A stretch of 64,000 nt of DNA from the IMG/VR virus record IMGVR_UViG_3300035145_004174, positions 37,072 to 101,071 of that record; one strand, given 5' to 3'. Below the pieces are notes generated by a model. The model did not search any database. It saw nothing but the letters and a program-made list of their open reading frames with translations, and was not told where the DNA came from. Of this stretch, positions 38,739 through 50,586 are shown piece after piece (within the stretch, counting starts at the first letter, position 1; every line of letters starts with the position of its first letter). Source of the DNA: a virus. The position numbers were made by a program, and so were the translations under genes.

Positions 38739-39239
38739 ATGGATACTATAACAAAAAATATTGAAATAATTGATGGCAACTTGTTAAAGATGCACTTTCA
38801 TGGATTTGATTACATTGCTCATTCTTGCAATACCCAAAATGTAATGGGTGCAGGTATCGCGCGAGACATTAAACATACTTATCCCGAAGCATATAGTGCT
38901 GATTGCCATGCAATGATGGAAGGGGACAATCAATTAGGTTGGTATAGTTTCGCATGGACTGATGCCACTCAAACTAAGGGCATATATAATATGTATACGC
39001 AAAGTTATATTGGGAAAGGTAGACAAGTTGATTATGAAGCATTCTACAAGGCTCTACACAATGTTGCTGACGACATTGAATGGAAAGATAAGCATGATGA
39101 TAAAACTTCTACTTTCGCCTTGCCTTATGGTATCTCTTGCGGTCTTGCGGGTGGAAGCAAAAGAATAATTAATTCAATAATCCACGAAATTTTAGTTGAC
39201 AGAAAGTTTAAAACTTGTATAGTTAGGTATCATGAATAA
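38739..39239 (+). CDS. macro domain protein (ADP-ribose processing)
   Basis: DGNLL, IAHSCNTQNVMGAGIA, IYNMYTQ, PYGISCGLAGG. Confidence 0.88.
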   Translation: MDTITKNIEIIDGNLLKMHFHGFDYIAHSCNTQNVMGAGIARDIKHTYPEAYSADCHAMMEGDNQLGWYSFAWTDATQTKGIYNMYTQSYIGKGRQVDYEAFYKALHNVADDIEWKDKHDDKTSTFALPYGISCGLAGGSKRIINSIIHEILVDRKFKTCIVRYHE

Positions 39240-40650
39240 ATTAGAAGAAGCAATAAGTCATTTAAACAACATTCAAGACAATCTTGATGCAATCATTAAA
39301 GCGATTGCAGACTCTCCTCGAAAACCCACAGAAGACGAGCTTTTAAATATGTTGATTGGGGCTAAGGATTTGCACCAAGTTTGGTATGATAATAGTTGGA
39401 TCGAGTATGAAAATTTCAAACGAGAGCATAGAGCTTTTGATAAAGATGATATTTTCGATCAAAATTATCTCAGAGAATATAATGACAAAAAAAAGAAAAA
39501 GGATAAAAAATGAAGAAGTTATGGTATTGGATTAATGACCGATTTCTTGATACTATTACTTATAATAAGTATTTGTTGGTTGAGTATTTTATTCTTTTGG
39601 TGTTGACAGGATTTATTATTTATTCTATATTTTAATTATGAAAACACAAATAGATAGTTGGCTTACAATTAGACAAGAAGATGATGAAGATGTCATGTCT
39701 GCACCAATCATGTGGTTGGATGATGAATCAGAATATGATTTGTTTCCATCTGAAGACCTAAATATAGATTGGGTAGAGGAAATGGACAAAGAGGGAGCGC
39801 CGATCATTGATGGCGATTTTCTTGGCAGAGACATCTGCATTGAAGTTTCCTCTCAATCTAAAGGTTGGAACAAGAGGCGAGCAGTAGGTTATAATATAGA
39901 TTTTAATTGGAACTAGATAGAAAGATTATAGATATGGGTTACGATTTATCAAACAGAAAAAGAGGCTTCAGATGGAATATTTGGGGTTGGGGTAGTGTTA
40001 TTAATTTAGGTTTAGCTTATGGTTGGCAACCAAAAGGCACAGAGCTAGATAAAGATGCTTATGAGCATTACGAAGACTATGAAGAACACTCGAAACATTT
40101 CGAGCATAGTTACTTTGGAAACGATGGTCAATTAGTTCTTGCTGAAGATGCAAAAGCATTTAGCAATGCGTTAGAGTCTGCATTAGATGATATTCCCGAT
40201 GAAGATTTAAATAATTACCCCGAAGGGGGTGTTCCTGTAAATAAAGAATTCTTTGAAAAGAGGGCTAAAATTTGGAATCAAGAAAAAGCTACTTTGGTCA
40301 CTTTATTTTCGGGCGAAGACAATAAAGAATATTTAAAAGATTTTATTTCTTTTTTGCGAGAAGGAACTTTCGCAATATATTAACATAACAAATACATAAA
40401 CATGAAAGAAGAAGAAGCTACAAAAAGACTAAAAACATTATTACTTAAAAGACATATACTTCAAAAATTTGACCCTATGTCTTGCGAAGATATAGCAAAA
40501 GAGTCTGGAGTTCCGCTAGAAGTTGTAGAAGATAGCTTATCAGCAGGACTATCTGCTTTAGCTAAAAAAGGCGTTACAGAAGATCATCTAAGAGAATTTT
40601 ATAAAAGTTCTAAAATGCAAGACTGCATCAATAAAATGATAAAAGAGTGA
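39232..40650 (+). CDS. four small early genes (39232..39513, 39638..39916, 39934..40383, 40402..40650)
   Basis: Acidic small ORFs in phase with TTGACA promoters at 39196 and 39603. The last has an HTH-like segment MSCEDIAKESGVPLEVV. Confidence 0.6.
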
Positions 40651-40815
40651 TATGAGATTAATTCTCAGCAAAATACTTTTTTATATTGGTGATACAATTA
40701 GTAATTTATTATATTTTGAATGGATGGGAATAGTTTTATATCCTGTTTATAAGAAATTAATGGTTTGGAGTTCTGATCTTGACAAAGATGGCGTAATATG
40801 GAAGAATGTTGAAAA

Positions 40816-41457
40816 ATGAAATATTATGCACACAAACATGGTATAGACAAATATATACATCAAAACTTGATCACTAAATCTTTTACCGATGGAACTTTTT
40901 TGGAATTGGGTGCTATTGATGGTGTTAAATTTTCAAATACAAAGTTTTTTGAAGATAATATGGGTTTCAATCAAGGAGTGTTAATTGAACCCGACCCACA
41001 ATCTTTTGAGAGGTTAAAGGTCAATCGACCTAATTGTGAATGTTTTCATTATGCTATACATTCATCCCTTAAAGAAGTTGAGTTTTTGCAATCTCAACAA
41101 AATGCAGTTGGTTGCATTGATTCTATTGCTTCCGATACTTTTAAAAGTCGTTTTCATAAGAGTTCTCAAAAAATTAAAGTACCATCTACCACACTTTCTA
41201 ATATATTAAATCAATCAAAACTCAAATATATAGATTTTTGGAGTTTAGATGTAGAAGGTTCTGAAGTAGAGTGTTTAAATTCTATGGATTGGAATATCCC
41301 GATTGGGCTTTTGTGTATTGAATTACATCAAAATATCAATGAGATAATAAAAATATTAAAGGCTAAAGAATTTACTTTACTTCATTCATTTTACGATGGG
41401 AATAAATTATTTTTTAATTATAAATATTTTAGAAAAGAGTTTTTTAATATAAAATAA
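40816..41457 (+). CDS. FkbM-family methyltransferase
   Basis: FLELGAIDG..SNT, LIEP, IDFWSLDVEGSE, CIE. Confidence 0.88.
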   Translation: MKYYAHKHGIDKYIHQNLITKSFTDGTFLELGAIDGVKFSNTKFFEDNMGFNQGVLIEPDPQSFERLKVNRPNCECFHYAIHSSLKEVEFLQSQQNAVGCIDSIASDTFKSRFHKSSQKIKVPSTTLSNILNQSKLKYIDFWSLDVEGSEVECLNSMDWNIPIGLLCIELHQNINEIIKILKAKEFTLLHSFYDGNKLFFNYKYFRKEFFNIK

Positions 41458-41597
41458 GACTAAGTGAGAAAACAATAAAAAATGATTGACTTACTAACAC
41501 AATATAATATAAAATGGGATGGAGTAGTTGCAGGTATTGTAATAATAGTCTGTTTCTCTATTTCAATTTTCAATCTTTGGTATAATAATAGAAAATA

Positions 41598-42299
41598 ATG
41601 AACGAAGAAGGCAAATCAAAAGAAGAGTTAAACCTTCAAATAAGAACTAATTTTTTAATTAAACTTAAATCATTATTGCCTAATAATCCTATGTGTGTTG
41701 AAGTTGGGGTCGCAGGTGGACATTTTTCAAAAGTCATTAAAAATAGATTAAATCCTAGCAGACTTCACCTAATAGACCCTTGGGAGATAGGCTCTGACAA
41801 AAATGGAAAACAAAGTCATTATGGGGGCGAGTTATCTCACATGGCAACGGCTCATTCTAGCGAATCTCAATATCTAAGATTGCAAAAAGTTTTTTCAGAA
41901 GAAATTTCTTCCAAAAGAGTGGTTTTGCATAGAGGTTATTCCTATGATTTTGCATCATCTTTTAATGATGAGTATTTTGACTTCATATATATAGATGCTT
42001 GCCATCTTTATGATTGCGTCAAGGCAGACTTAGAGATGTTTTTGCCTAAGTTAAAGAAACAAGGCTTGATGTGCGGGCATGATTATTTTGAAGATAGAAG
42101 AGGTAGCAACTTTGGGGTAATAAAAGCGGTAGATGAATTTTGCGAAAAATATGATTTTGAAATGATTATTCTTAGTGATCGCAAAGATTGGTGTTTGAGA
42201 AAAAAACAAAGCGATGAATATAAAAGAGGTTACATTGATGGATTAATCAATGCAAGAAAAATGCTTAATAAAGAAATAAAAGTGTTTGAAGATGTATGA
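41598..42299 (+). CDS. class I SAM methyltransferase (Methyltransf_24-like)
   Basis: VEVGVAGG, LIDPW, FDFIYIDACHLYDCV..DL, GLMCGHDY, GVIKAVDEF. Confidence 0.85.
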   Translation: MNEEGKSKEELNLQIRTNFLIKLKSLLPNNPMCVEVGVAGGHFSKVIKNRLNPSRLHLIDPWEIGSDKNGKQSHYGGELSHMATAHSSESQYLRLQKVFSEEISSKRVVLHRGYSYDFASSFNDEYFDFIYIDACHLYDCVKADLEMFLPKLKKQGLMCGHDYFEDRRGSNFGVIKAVDEFCEKYDFEMIILSDRKDWCLRKKQSDEYKRGYIDGLINARKMLNKEIKVFEDV

Positions 42300-42541
42300 A
42301 AGATAAGTTGATTCACTATGTAGTATTGTTTGCTGATTTTATTTTAGAGGAAAATTATTCTGATGATATAATTAAAGAGATGCAGGATAGATATTTATTT
42401 TTAATGGAAGAAATTTACTTTTGGGAATCAATAGGAGAGCCTTTTCGAGACAAAAGGCAAGATTATGCCTTAAAGTCTTTTTTATCTTGGATGTATGGTC
42501 ATGTTGCTCCAAGATTTGGCGAAAATGGTAGTATCAGATAA
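42296..42541 (+). CDS. hypothetical protein
   Basis: ATGA-coupled ORF. Confidence 0.55.
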   Translation: MKDKLIHYVVLFADFILEENYSDDIIKEMQDRYLFLMEEIYFWESIGEPFRDKRQDYALKSFLSWMYGHVAPRFGENGSIR

Positions 42542-43055
42542 ATATAAATTCGTTTTTATAGAAATACCTAAAACTGCATCGACATCAATATCTCATGGTC
42601 TTTGCAGGTCTTTTGGTAGAGATAATTTAACATTTTATAAAGATTCAAGAAACAGACATTGCACATTAGAATATGCTCTTCAAGTTTTTCCAAAAATAGA
42701 TGGGTACAAGAAATTTTGTTTCGTAAGAAACCATTGGGACGTCGCAGTTTCTTTTTATTTATTTGAAAAAAAAATGGGCATACATGAATTAACATTTGAC
42801 AAATGGGTTAAAGAATGGTACATTCATCAAATGAGATGGATAAAACCTAAAATGGATTTTATAGGAAGGTTTGAAAATTTACAAAAGGATTTTAACTTAA
42901 TATGTAACTCTTTGGGGGGTAAATTAGTTGAGCTTAAAAAATTAAACGATTCTTTGGGAAGAAAACATTATTCTTATTATTACAATAAGTCAACTAAACT
43001 ATCATTACAATCAAATTGTGCATTAGATATAGCTCAATTAAAATATTTTTTTTAA
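42525..43055 (+). CDS. sulfotransferase family 2
   Basis: FVFIEIPKTASTSI, FVRNHWDVAVSFY, DFIGRFENL, HYSYYY; start reassigned to MVVSD. Confidence 0.85.
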   Translation: MVVSDKYKFVFIEIPKTASTSISHGLCRSFGRDNLTFYKDSRNRHCTLEYALQVFPKIDGYKKFCFVRNHWDVAVSFYLFEKKMGIHELTFDKWVKEWYIHQMRWIKPKMDFIGRFENLQKDFNLICNSLGGKLVELKKLNDSLGRKHYSYYYNKSTKLSLQSNCALDIAQLKYFF

Positions 43056-43068
43056 TTTTAAAAAAGAC

Positions 43069-43097
43069 TTGACATACAAATTTTATTCTGCTAACTT
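43069..43097 (+). promoter_or_regulatory. sigma70 promoter, leaderless
   Basis: TTGACA-17-TAACTT with TG extension; ATG at 43104. Confidence 0.7.
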
Positions 43098-43103
43098 GGT
43101 TCT

Positions 43104-43322
43104 ATGACAAAAAAAATCAAAAGATACGAAATTGAAATAGCAAGTACAACCTACCGCACTTACCTTATTGATGCAGAATCGCAAGACGAAGCAGAAACAA
43201 GAGTATTTGAAGAGATAGATGCTGATTGGGAAATAAGCAAGGCATGGCGTCAAAATGCAGAAATAACCCACATAGAAGAGAAGGAAAAAGAATCAGAAGA
43301 AGATTCAATGGAATTAAAATGA
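43104..43322 (+). CDS. DpnD/PcfM-like small protein
   Basis: YEIEI...YLIDAESQDEA. Confidence 0.55.
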   Translation: MTKKIKRYEIEIASTTYRTYLIDAESQDEAETRVFEEIDADWEISKAWRQNAEITHIEEKEKESEEDSMELK

Positions 43323-45036
43323 AACAAGAAGAAAGAGAAAAATTGTTAGATCAAATAGATAAAGATAACCCTATCGAGCTTGAGGATGAGGAAAGATCAA
43401 TAGTGCTTGCTCCTAGAGAAATATTTGATTCAGCGATTATTGGTTATGAGAATAAAAGAGTTGTATATAGCGAAGAGGCTATCATACAAATATACATTGA
43501 AGAAGATGGAATGACAGAAGAAGAAGCAATAGATTTTTATCAATTTAATACCAAGTGTGCTTACATGGGCAAGTATAATCCAATATATAAAAGCGAAAAC
43601 CATGAGGAAGAATTATGGAATTAAATCAAATAAGTAAAGAAATAAAGTTAAAGATTGCTGACCTAGCGTTAACTCACATCAAAAAAGTTATTGCTGATCC
43701 CGAAGTCAAAACCGATGGAGATAATTTTGACTATTGGAATAGTTACAAATTGGAAGATGGAAGTTTTATAGATTACAATATTTATTGTGGCGATGATGTT
43801 GGGGAATTTAACCTTGATGGTAAATTTGAGTATGGCGATTCAAGTGAGTGGTCATTTGGTCTTTCTCTTTATGGGGTTAATCCACCAACAGATGATAATA
43901 AATACCATGAAATAGACATGGATGATTCAGAGTATATATTTACATATCAAAATGGGGAAGTAAGTTGGGAAGAGGTAGTAGCATGAGTGAAATAAAAGAA
44001 TTATGGGATTTGTCATGGTCAGATGGTTTCACCTTGACATTTATTTTAATGGGGCTTTATACTTATAAAGTATGGATAGATAATAAATTTAAAAAATAAA
44101 TTATGATAAAACTAGGAGTTAGAGGTAGCACCGATTCGGTTAATCATATTCTAATTAAAATAGATGATTTGACTTTGATGACCACAGAAAATTTGTTTCT
44201 CGCAGGAGAACAATATAGAATTAAAACAGGAGAAAATTTAGTTGAATTATTGAATTCTCTATCAAAAGATCACGAAATATCTGTCAAGAGCAATGTAGCA
44301 GATGAAATCGAAGATGTTTTAAACCTCAAAAGCAATCAAATAAAAAAATATTCAGAATGAAAACAATTCACACTCCTAAAAATTGCAAATATAGGCAATA
44401 CTTGATCAAAAAGAAAAAGCAAGGCAAGATTAGCGGGCGTTTCTATAAGTTTCTTTGCAGAAACTTTCCTTATAGATTAACTCAAAGGGAAGTTCAATGT
44501 TGGGTAAACGAAGTAGTTACTAAAAAAATTAAAGAATCTAGTGCTATCAATATAATTAACACAAAGCATAAAGATTTAATTAAACGTCAAGCTGAGATGT
44601 ATCAATCTAATGTCGAATGTATGAAAAAAACCAATAATGAAAAAAATAAAACAGATTTATGATTTTTTTGCTTGCATTGTGGTTTTTATCGTGATAATGT
44701 GGCTTCAATTAGTTTATATTTTAACAGGTCGTGAATAATATTATGCAAGTTGTATCAAAACAAATAAGCGGAACAATAGAATGGTCTAAAGGTAGGACTA
44801 AAAAAGAATTATCTAAACAAACTTTTTGGTCTAGCTCAAAAGATTTTAGCGGATTAAGTGGTCTTGAAATAAATGGTTTTACTTTTAATAATCATGTCAA
44901 ATGCACCGCAATTACAAGCCAAGGATTAAGTCAACATAAATATTTTACGATTCCTGTTGTCAAAGTTGAAGAGTTTTGCAATAATTTAATGGAAGCTAAA
45001 AAATTTGTAGAAAGTAAAAATAATGAAGAAATTTAG
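43319..45036 (+). CDS. run of small hypothetical early genes (43319..43624, 43615..43986, 44103..44360, 44357..44662, 44731..45036)
   Basis: Overlap-coupled plus-strand ORFs. The first carries the phage motif AIIG...VVYS...GMT.EEA.DF..FN...AYMG..NP. Confidence 0.6.
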
Positions 45037-45759
45037 ATTATCAATAACAGAAGAAATCGGTGGATATATCGAAGTTAATGCACAAGACGCGACTCATGCA
45101 GAAACTCTTGTGGAAGATTTACTAGATGAATATGGAGCAGATAGATTATTTTACCCAATCCCCGAAGACAAGCAAGTTTTAAGTAAATATCACACTCGTC
45201 ACACTCATGGCGACAGGGGAGTGTTTGGTTGTAAGGAGATAAAATGATATGAATAAATCCGAAGAAATAATGAAGTTAAAAAGTATGCACGATTCTGAAA
45301 GTGGGTTAGACACTCGCCTTTACGAACTTGCAGGTTATCCTCTCATTGAAGACCTCGTAGATGAGATGTTTGAATTAAAAGAGAAGATGAATCAAAGATT
45401 AAATAAAAGAATTAAAGAGCTTAAATTAATCGGAGAGTTTGGAGTCAAACCCATTAACACTTCTCATTTAGATGATGATGACTTTGGTGCATTTATTAGA
45501 GGTGAGATGACAAGAGAAGAAGCAGAATCAAAAAGGGTATAAAATTATGAAAAAGACATATAGAGTTCCATGTTCATGGCAAGTTTATGCAACGGCAGAA
45601 GTTGAAGCAGAATCTTGGGAAGAAGCAATTACTAAAGTCGAAAGTAATAGTGTTCCACTACCAACAGACCCCAATTATGTAGATGCTTCTCTTGAAGTTG
45701 ATATGGAAATAATTGAAGAGGAAATGCAACATCCAAATACTTTTGGATTAGTAGATTAA
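45023..45759 (+). CDS. small early genes 45023..45247 and 45547..45759 (DpnD/PcfM-like) and 45249..45542
   Basis: IEVNAQDATHA and AEVEAESWEEA motifs. Confidence 0.55.
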
Positions 45760-45799
45760 TTCCTTGACAGAATAAAAAATATTTGCTAAAGTCATTGGC

Positions 45800-46730
45800 A
45801 TGAGCGGAGAAGGTAAATCAGTAAGTTTTAGAAGAACTGCAAATACTATTAAAACAAATCAAGAATTGCTTGAAGAGTTTAAGGATTTAATTTATTCTAA
45901 TAAAAAGATAATGTCTCACATGAAATGGTATGGTTATGCCCATAGCGTTTATATGGAAGAGCATGGTGATAAAGAATTGGAAACATGGCAAAAAGAATAT
46001 GTTGCAATAAAAGATACTTTTAATTTTTGCATTAGTGTTTATGATTCTTGGCATCAAGATGCAGACCTTTACGAGTCGCATGATAGAGAAGATAGCTTTG
46101 TTTCTCTTGCTAGAAAGTTTGCAAACGACAATGCTCTCATGTACTTTCCTTGTGGTTTTACTCCCGAATGGTATGAGAAAAACGAAGAAGGAAAATATCA
46201 ACACTTTAAGGTTGAACATGATCATAAAAATATTGACAAAATATGTGATATGTGGCATCGTTATGGAATAATGAAACTACAAGCATTTGACGAAGAACTT
46301 GAATCTCAACTTTTGGGAGAGGCTCAAGAAAAAATTAAACAATTAATGATCGCATAATATGTGGAATTATAGAATAATCACAGACAAAGAAAGCTATGGA
46401 GTTTTTGAAGTTATTTACAACGATGATGGCAAAATATGTGCCCATACAGAAGAACCCGAAGTGGTTGGAGATAGCGTTGAAGATTTAATAAAAAATATAG
46501 AATCTCATTTAAACAAAGCCAAAGAGGGCAATTTAGTTTCTAATAAAACTTCAGAAGAGGAAGAGGATTTAGTTTTAACATTTGAACTAATGCTTTCTGA
46601 TGTAAAGAAATATAAGAATAAAATTCTTGAACATGATAATATAGATTTTGCTCCTTGTGCAGAAGATTTTGACGAAGGAGAAGGTGTTGTGTTTGAAGAT
46701 TTTGACATTAGCGACATATTTAAAAAATGA
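45800..46730 (+). CDS. two hypothetical early genes (45800..46357, 46359..46730)
   Basis: Promoter TTGACA(45764)-17-TAAAGT. The second gene has the phage motif MWNYRII...EV.Y.DDG. Confidence 0.6.
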
Positions 46731-47017
46731 ATACAAATGAATTAAAATTACAAGAAACGGATGATGGTGAATTATTTTTCATTATTCCCGATGATATACT
46801 CGAAAGATTAGCTTGGGAAGAGGGTGATGAGATAGAGTTCATTGAACGAAACGATGGTTTTTTAATAAAAAAAGTAAAATATGAGTCGATTGAGCTTGAC
46901 TTCGATGAGAAAGATTTGTTAAAGTACATGATGTTCGCACATGAACAAGATATAACATTTAATGAATTATGTCAAAATGCAATCAAAGAAAAACTAAAAG
47001 AATTAGACGATGAATGA
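46727..47017 (+). CDS. AbrB/MazE-like swapped-hairpin DNA-binding protein
   Basis: GELFFIIPDDILERLAWEEGDEIEF...LIKK. Confidence 0.7.
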   Translation: MNTNELKLQETDDGELFFIIPDDILERLAWEEGDEIEFIERNDGFLIKKVKYESIELDFDEKDLLKYMMFAHEQDITFNELCQNAIKEKLKELDDE

Positions 47018-49545
47018 AATTATAGGAGACGATTACCCAACTTACGAAGATTCAGTAAATGCTACTCTTACAGAAAAGCAACAAGAGGGTGCTTATACTT
47101 ATTTAAAAGAAGTTGAAGACAAAATTCACAAGGACAACTTAGAGAGGTTGATGAAAGAAAACTTTGAGCTTCGACATAGGCTTGCTTGTATTGCTGATGA
47201 CATAGAGATTATTGAGAGACACATTGCATCTTATAAAAAGTCTCGCAAGTGGTTCAAGCAACCAAGCACTAATGCTGATGGAAGTGTCTATGCAGATCAA
47301 GCATGGCATAATGTTACCAATATACAAATTGCTTGTGACTTAACTGATGGTGCGCCACTTGAGTGGGCTAGTGAAGACCCCATTCTTGAAGCTCAAATAA
47401 AACACATGGATTTAGTAGCTGAATATTCTAGCAAATACAAAGCAAAAAATGAAAATGCTAAGAGTTAAAGTTCCTGTTTCGCAATGTATAGATGAAGTCT
47501 TGGAATACATTTCCGAGATGGAGAAAGGTAAAGATTCTTGGAAATCAGTTTACGAATCATTAAAGAAATTAAAAAGCAAAGTGTTAAAGGAAGAAGAATG
47601 AAAAAAGAATACGCGGTAGGAGTAAAAATAATTAATTGTTTTTATGTAGAGGCAGAAAGTCGAGATGAAGCAGAACAAATAGTGCGTGAGTATGATCCAT
47701 ACAAAACTCTTGATGATTGTGATTTTAATATTGAATATGTTGATCCCACAAATGGAGAGATCGCATGGAAAATAAAAGCAGACGAAGTAGATTGGAGTAA
47801 ACTCCACAATAAACATGATGAATGGAAATAAATAATATGAATAAAGAAACTATGCAATCGCTAAAAAAAGAAGAAGATAATAGAGGTTTAATTGATGATC
47901 TTAAAACTTCAATTAGACATTTAGAAATTGAGTTGGATTATGAAGAGTCTCAACCTAGAATTAATTACAAGTACATCAAAAAGATAGAAAAAGAAATAAA
48001 CGAAAAATACGAAAAATTAGATTTGTTATATGAAACTTACTAATTGTTAGCATTTTAACTTGACAGGAGATGAAGATGATGTTAAGTTATTGGTAGTAGC
48101 AAAAAAGAGAAAGGGACTTAAATTATGAGAACGACCGAAAGACAAACTAGGGATCACGAACCATCAGTAGATGAGATGAGGCGTGATATTGCCGAGAGAG
48201 AGCTTCAATTTTATTTAGATAATCCTTCTGAGTTGGTGGAATTATTACTAGATGGTTGCATTGGTTTAAATGAAACATCTGATCTTGAAATTAAAGACGA
48301 ACATAAAGAAAATTTTCAATAAAATTAAAAAAAGTTTGACAAATTGTGATCCTTGTGTTTTAGTAGGGTTATGACATTAGAAGAAGCATTAGAATTAGTC
48401 GTCAATGAAGCAGAGGTTTCTGCTCTTGGTGAAAGTACAGATCAAAATAAATTAGTATTAAGTGCTTGCAAAATGTTGCGAGATCATTTAAAGTTAATCA
48501 ATAAAATAGAAAGCGAAAATTATGAAATTCTTTGAGAGAAGTAGAGTTAAATGGAATCGTTGGCAACCAACGGACATTATGTTTAAAAGAAATAGTTTAG
48601 TAAAGAAACTTGTGCCAAGTACAAATTATTTAAGTTATTCTACTAAGGTTGGTCGTGACCATGATATGGCGAGACTCACAGGCGGTACTCAACGACAAAG
48701 AAAAAATTGGGAGGGTGAAGTCTATAATTATTACGACAATGACAAATATCGTGCAGTTCATGTTAAATTAAAAGATTTAAAAACTCCATTTCCAACTGCC
48801 GATATTGATTTTATAGATTATGTAGCTCAAAATGATAGTGTAGGCAATAGATTTTCACCAATAGATGCTCTTGTTTATTTAGGTAGTTTTCATCAAAGAA
48901 CACAATGGAGTCAAGCCAATAATGGTCAATGGCATAGTGTCAAGACAGGCAATATTGCTCCTGTTCGTGAGGGTTACAGAATTGCTTATGGTGGACAAGG
49001 AGACTCAAATTATATGTCCCCTCAAAACTTAGAAGAAATAGCTCAAATAACAGATGCAGTTCTAAACTTTATTGTTGAAGTTGTTATTCCATTTAATAAT
49101 GGAGAATCTGTCGAACATCATCTTGAGCATGATTTAATGGTAGCATGATAGAATATATAGATAAAAATGTTTATTTATTATTCGATAAATATGGTAGTAA
49201 AAAATTAATTACATTAGACGATGTTTTATGCTTGAGTCCGATTATGAGATTAATGACTAAAGATTCTGCGCAAAGAGTTAATAAAATTAAATTATCAAAT
49301 AAATTAATTAATTTAAAAGTCGAAGAGTTAATGGAGTATTGCAAATGATTAATAAATTTAACCCAAGTGAGAAAGAACACTTGTTATACCAAATAATTAG
49401 TTCGGCAGAATTAATTCTTGATGAATTAAATAATGGTTCTGAGATTAGCGAGCGTAATTATGACCAAATTAAATTAGCAGATCAGATTTTGCTTGACATA
49501 GAACAGGAATTGACATCAAAAAATAAACCATCCCATTTAAAATGA
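47010..49545 (+). CDS. run of small early genes (47010..47468, 47598..47831, 47822..48043, 48125..48322, 48371..48535, 48522..49148, 49145..49348, 49339..49545)
   Basis: Dense co-oriented ORFs with TTGACA promoters at 48060 and 48336; 47598..47831 is DpnD/PcfM-like (YVEAESRDEA). Confidence 0.55.
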
Positions 49546-49633
49546 ATATAATAGATTTAATTGAGCTTTTCTGCTTTTTGCTTGGTAGTCTAGCATTTGT
49601 TTTGTTTTTAGCATTTGTCGTTTTTGGCGGAGA

Positions 49634-50053
49634 ATGACTAAAAAAGGCTACATTATTCCGAAATATTCTGATTGTTATAATTGCGGAAAAAAACTGATTG
49701 GTAGGCAAAGGATTTATTGCTCAAAGAAATGTAAAGACAGGCAGGAAAGAAAAAATAATCCATCTTATAGAAGACAACGGAACAGGGGGATAAAAAGAAA
49801 ATTAAAACTAATTGAAACAAAAGGTGGAAGTTGCGAATTATGCGGTTACGACAAAAATATAAGTTCATTAACATTTCATCACATTGACCCTCAACAAAAA
49901 TCTTTCAATGTTGAACTGAGAAATATTGCTAATTATGATTGGTCTAAAGTTTTAAATGAATCTAGTAAATGTATGTTGCTTTGCCATAATTGCCATCACG
50001 AATTACATCATCCCGAATTTAATAAAGAAAGTTTGAAAAAAAGTTTGACATAG
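49634..50053 (+). CDS. HNH endonuclease with N-terminal Zn finger
   Basis: CYNCG...YCSKKC; CELCGY...LTFHHIDP...LLCHNCHHELH. Confidence 0.85.
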   Translation: MTKKGYIIPKYSDCYNCGKKLIGRQRIYCSKKCKDRQERKNNPSYRRQRNRGIKRKLKLIETKGGSCELCGYDKNISSLTFHHIDPQQKSFNVELRNIANYDWSKVLNESSKCMLLCHNCHHELHHPEFNKESLKKSLT

Positions 50054-50079
50054 CAAACCATGTACTCTATCTTGATGGA

Positions 50080-50586
50080 ATGAATAAAAGAAAAGCAGAA
50101 GGACTAACTAACTATTTAATGTACAAACATAATCTTCCTTATGATTGGAAGTTTCGTTGGCAAAATAAAAAAAATGCTTTAGGTACTTGTAGTTATCGTA
50201 GAAAACTTATTCTTTTATCTAAATGGTACGTTGAATTAAATGATATAGAAGAAGTTAAAGATACTATATTGCACGAAATCGCTCATGCTTTAGCTTATAT
50301 TCGTTATGGCAAATTGGGCATGGGTCATGGAGATTTATGGAAAAGAGTTTGTGTAGAAATTGGAGCAATTCCTAAGAGTTGTTCTAAAGATAATTTAAAT
50401 AAACCAAAAGATCATTACAAATACAATCACACTTGTAAATGCGGAATACATTATGGTATGCACAGATTAAGAAAACATTACAAATATCGTTGTCCAAAAT
50501 GCAATGATCCTCTTTTTGTCTCCAAGAAAGAGAGAATAGCACATGATAGTGCAAAAAAAGTTTTAGAAGAGATTCTTTCTTCTTGA
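50080..50586 (+). CDS. SprT-like zinc metalloprotease
   Basis: LGTC, DTILHEIAHA, HGDLWK...IGA, CKC...CPKC; leaderless promoter at 50045. Confidence 0.88.
   Translation: MNKRKAEGLTNYLMYKHNLPYDWKFRWQNKKNALGTCSYRRKLILLSKWYVELNDIEEVKDTILHEIAHALAYIRYGKLGMGHGDLWKRVCVEIGAIPKSCSKDNLNKPKDHYKYNHTCKCGIHYGMHRLRKHYKYRCPKCNDPLFVSKKERIAHDSAKKVLEEILSS

Noticed and set aside
46896-46925. TTGACT-18-TAAAGT promoter inside the AbrB-like gene
   Set aside because: Intragenic and explainable by coding sequence; excluded from the leaderless count.
46727-47468. MazEF-type toxin-antitoxin pair
   Set aside because: The gene downstream of the AbrB-like ORF shows no MazF or PIN motifs.
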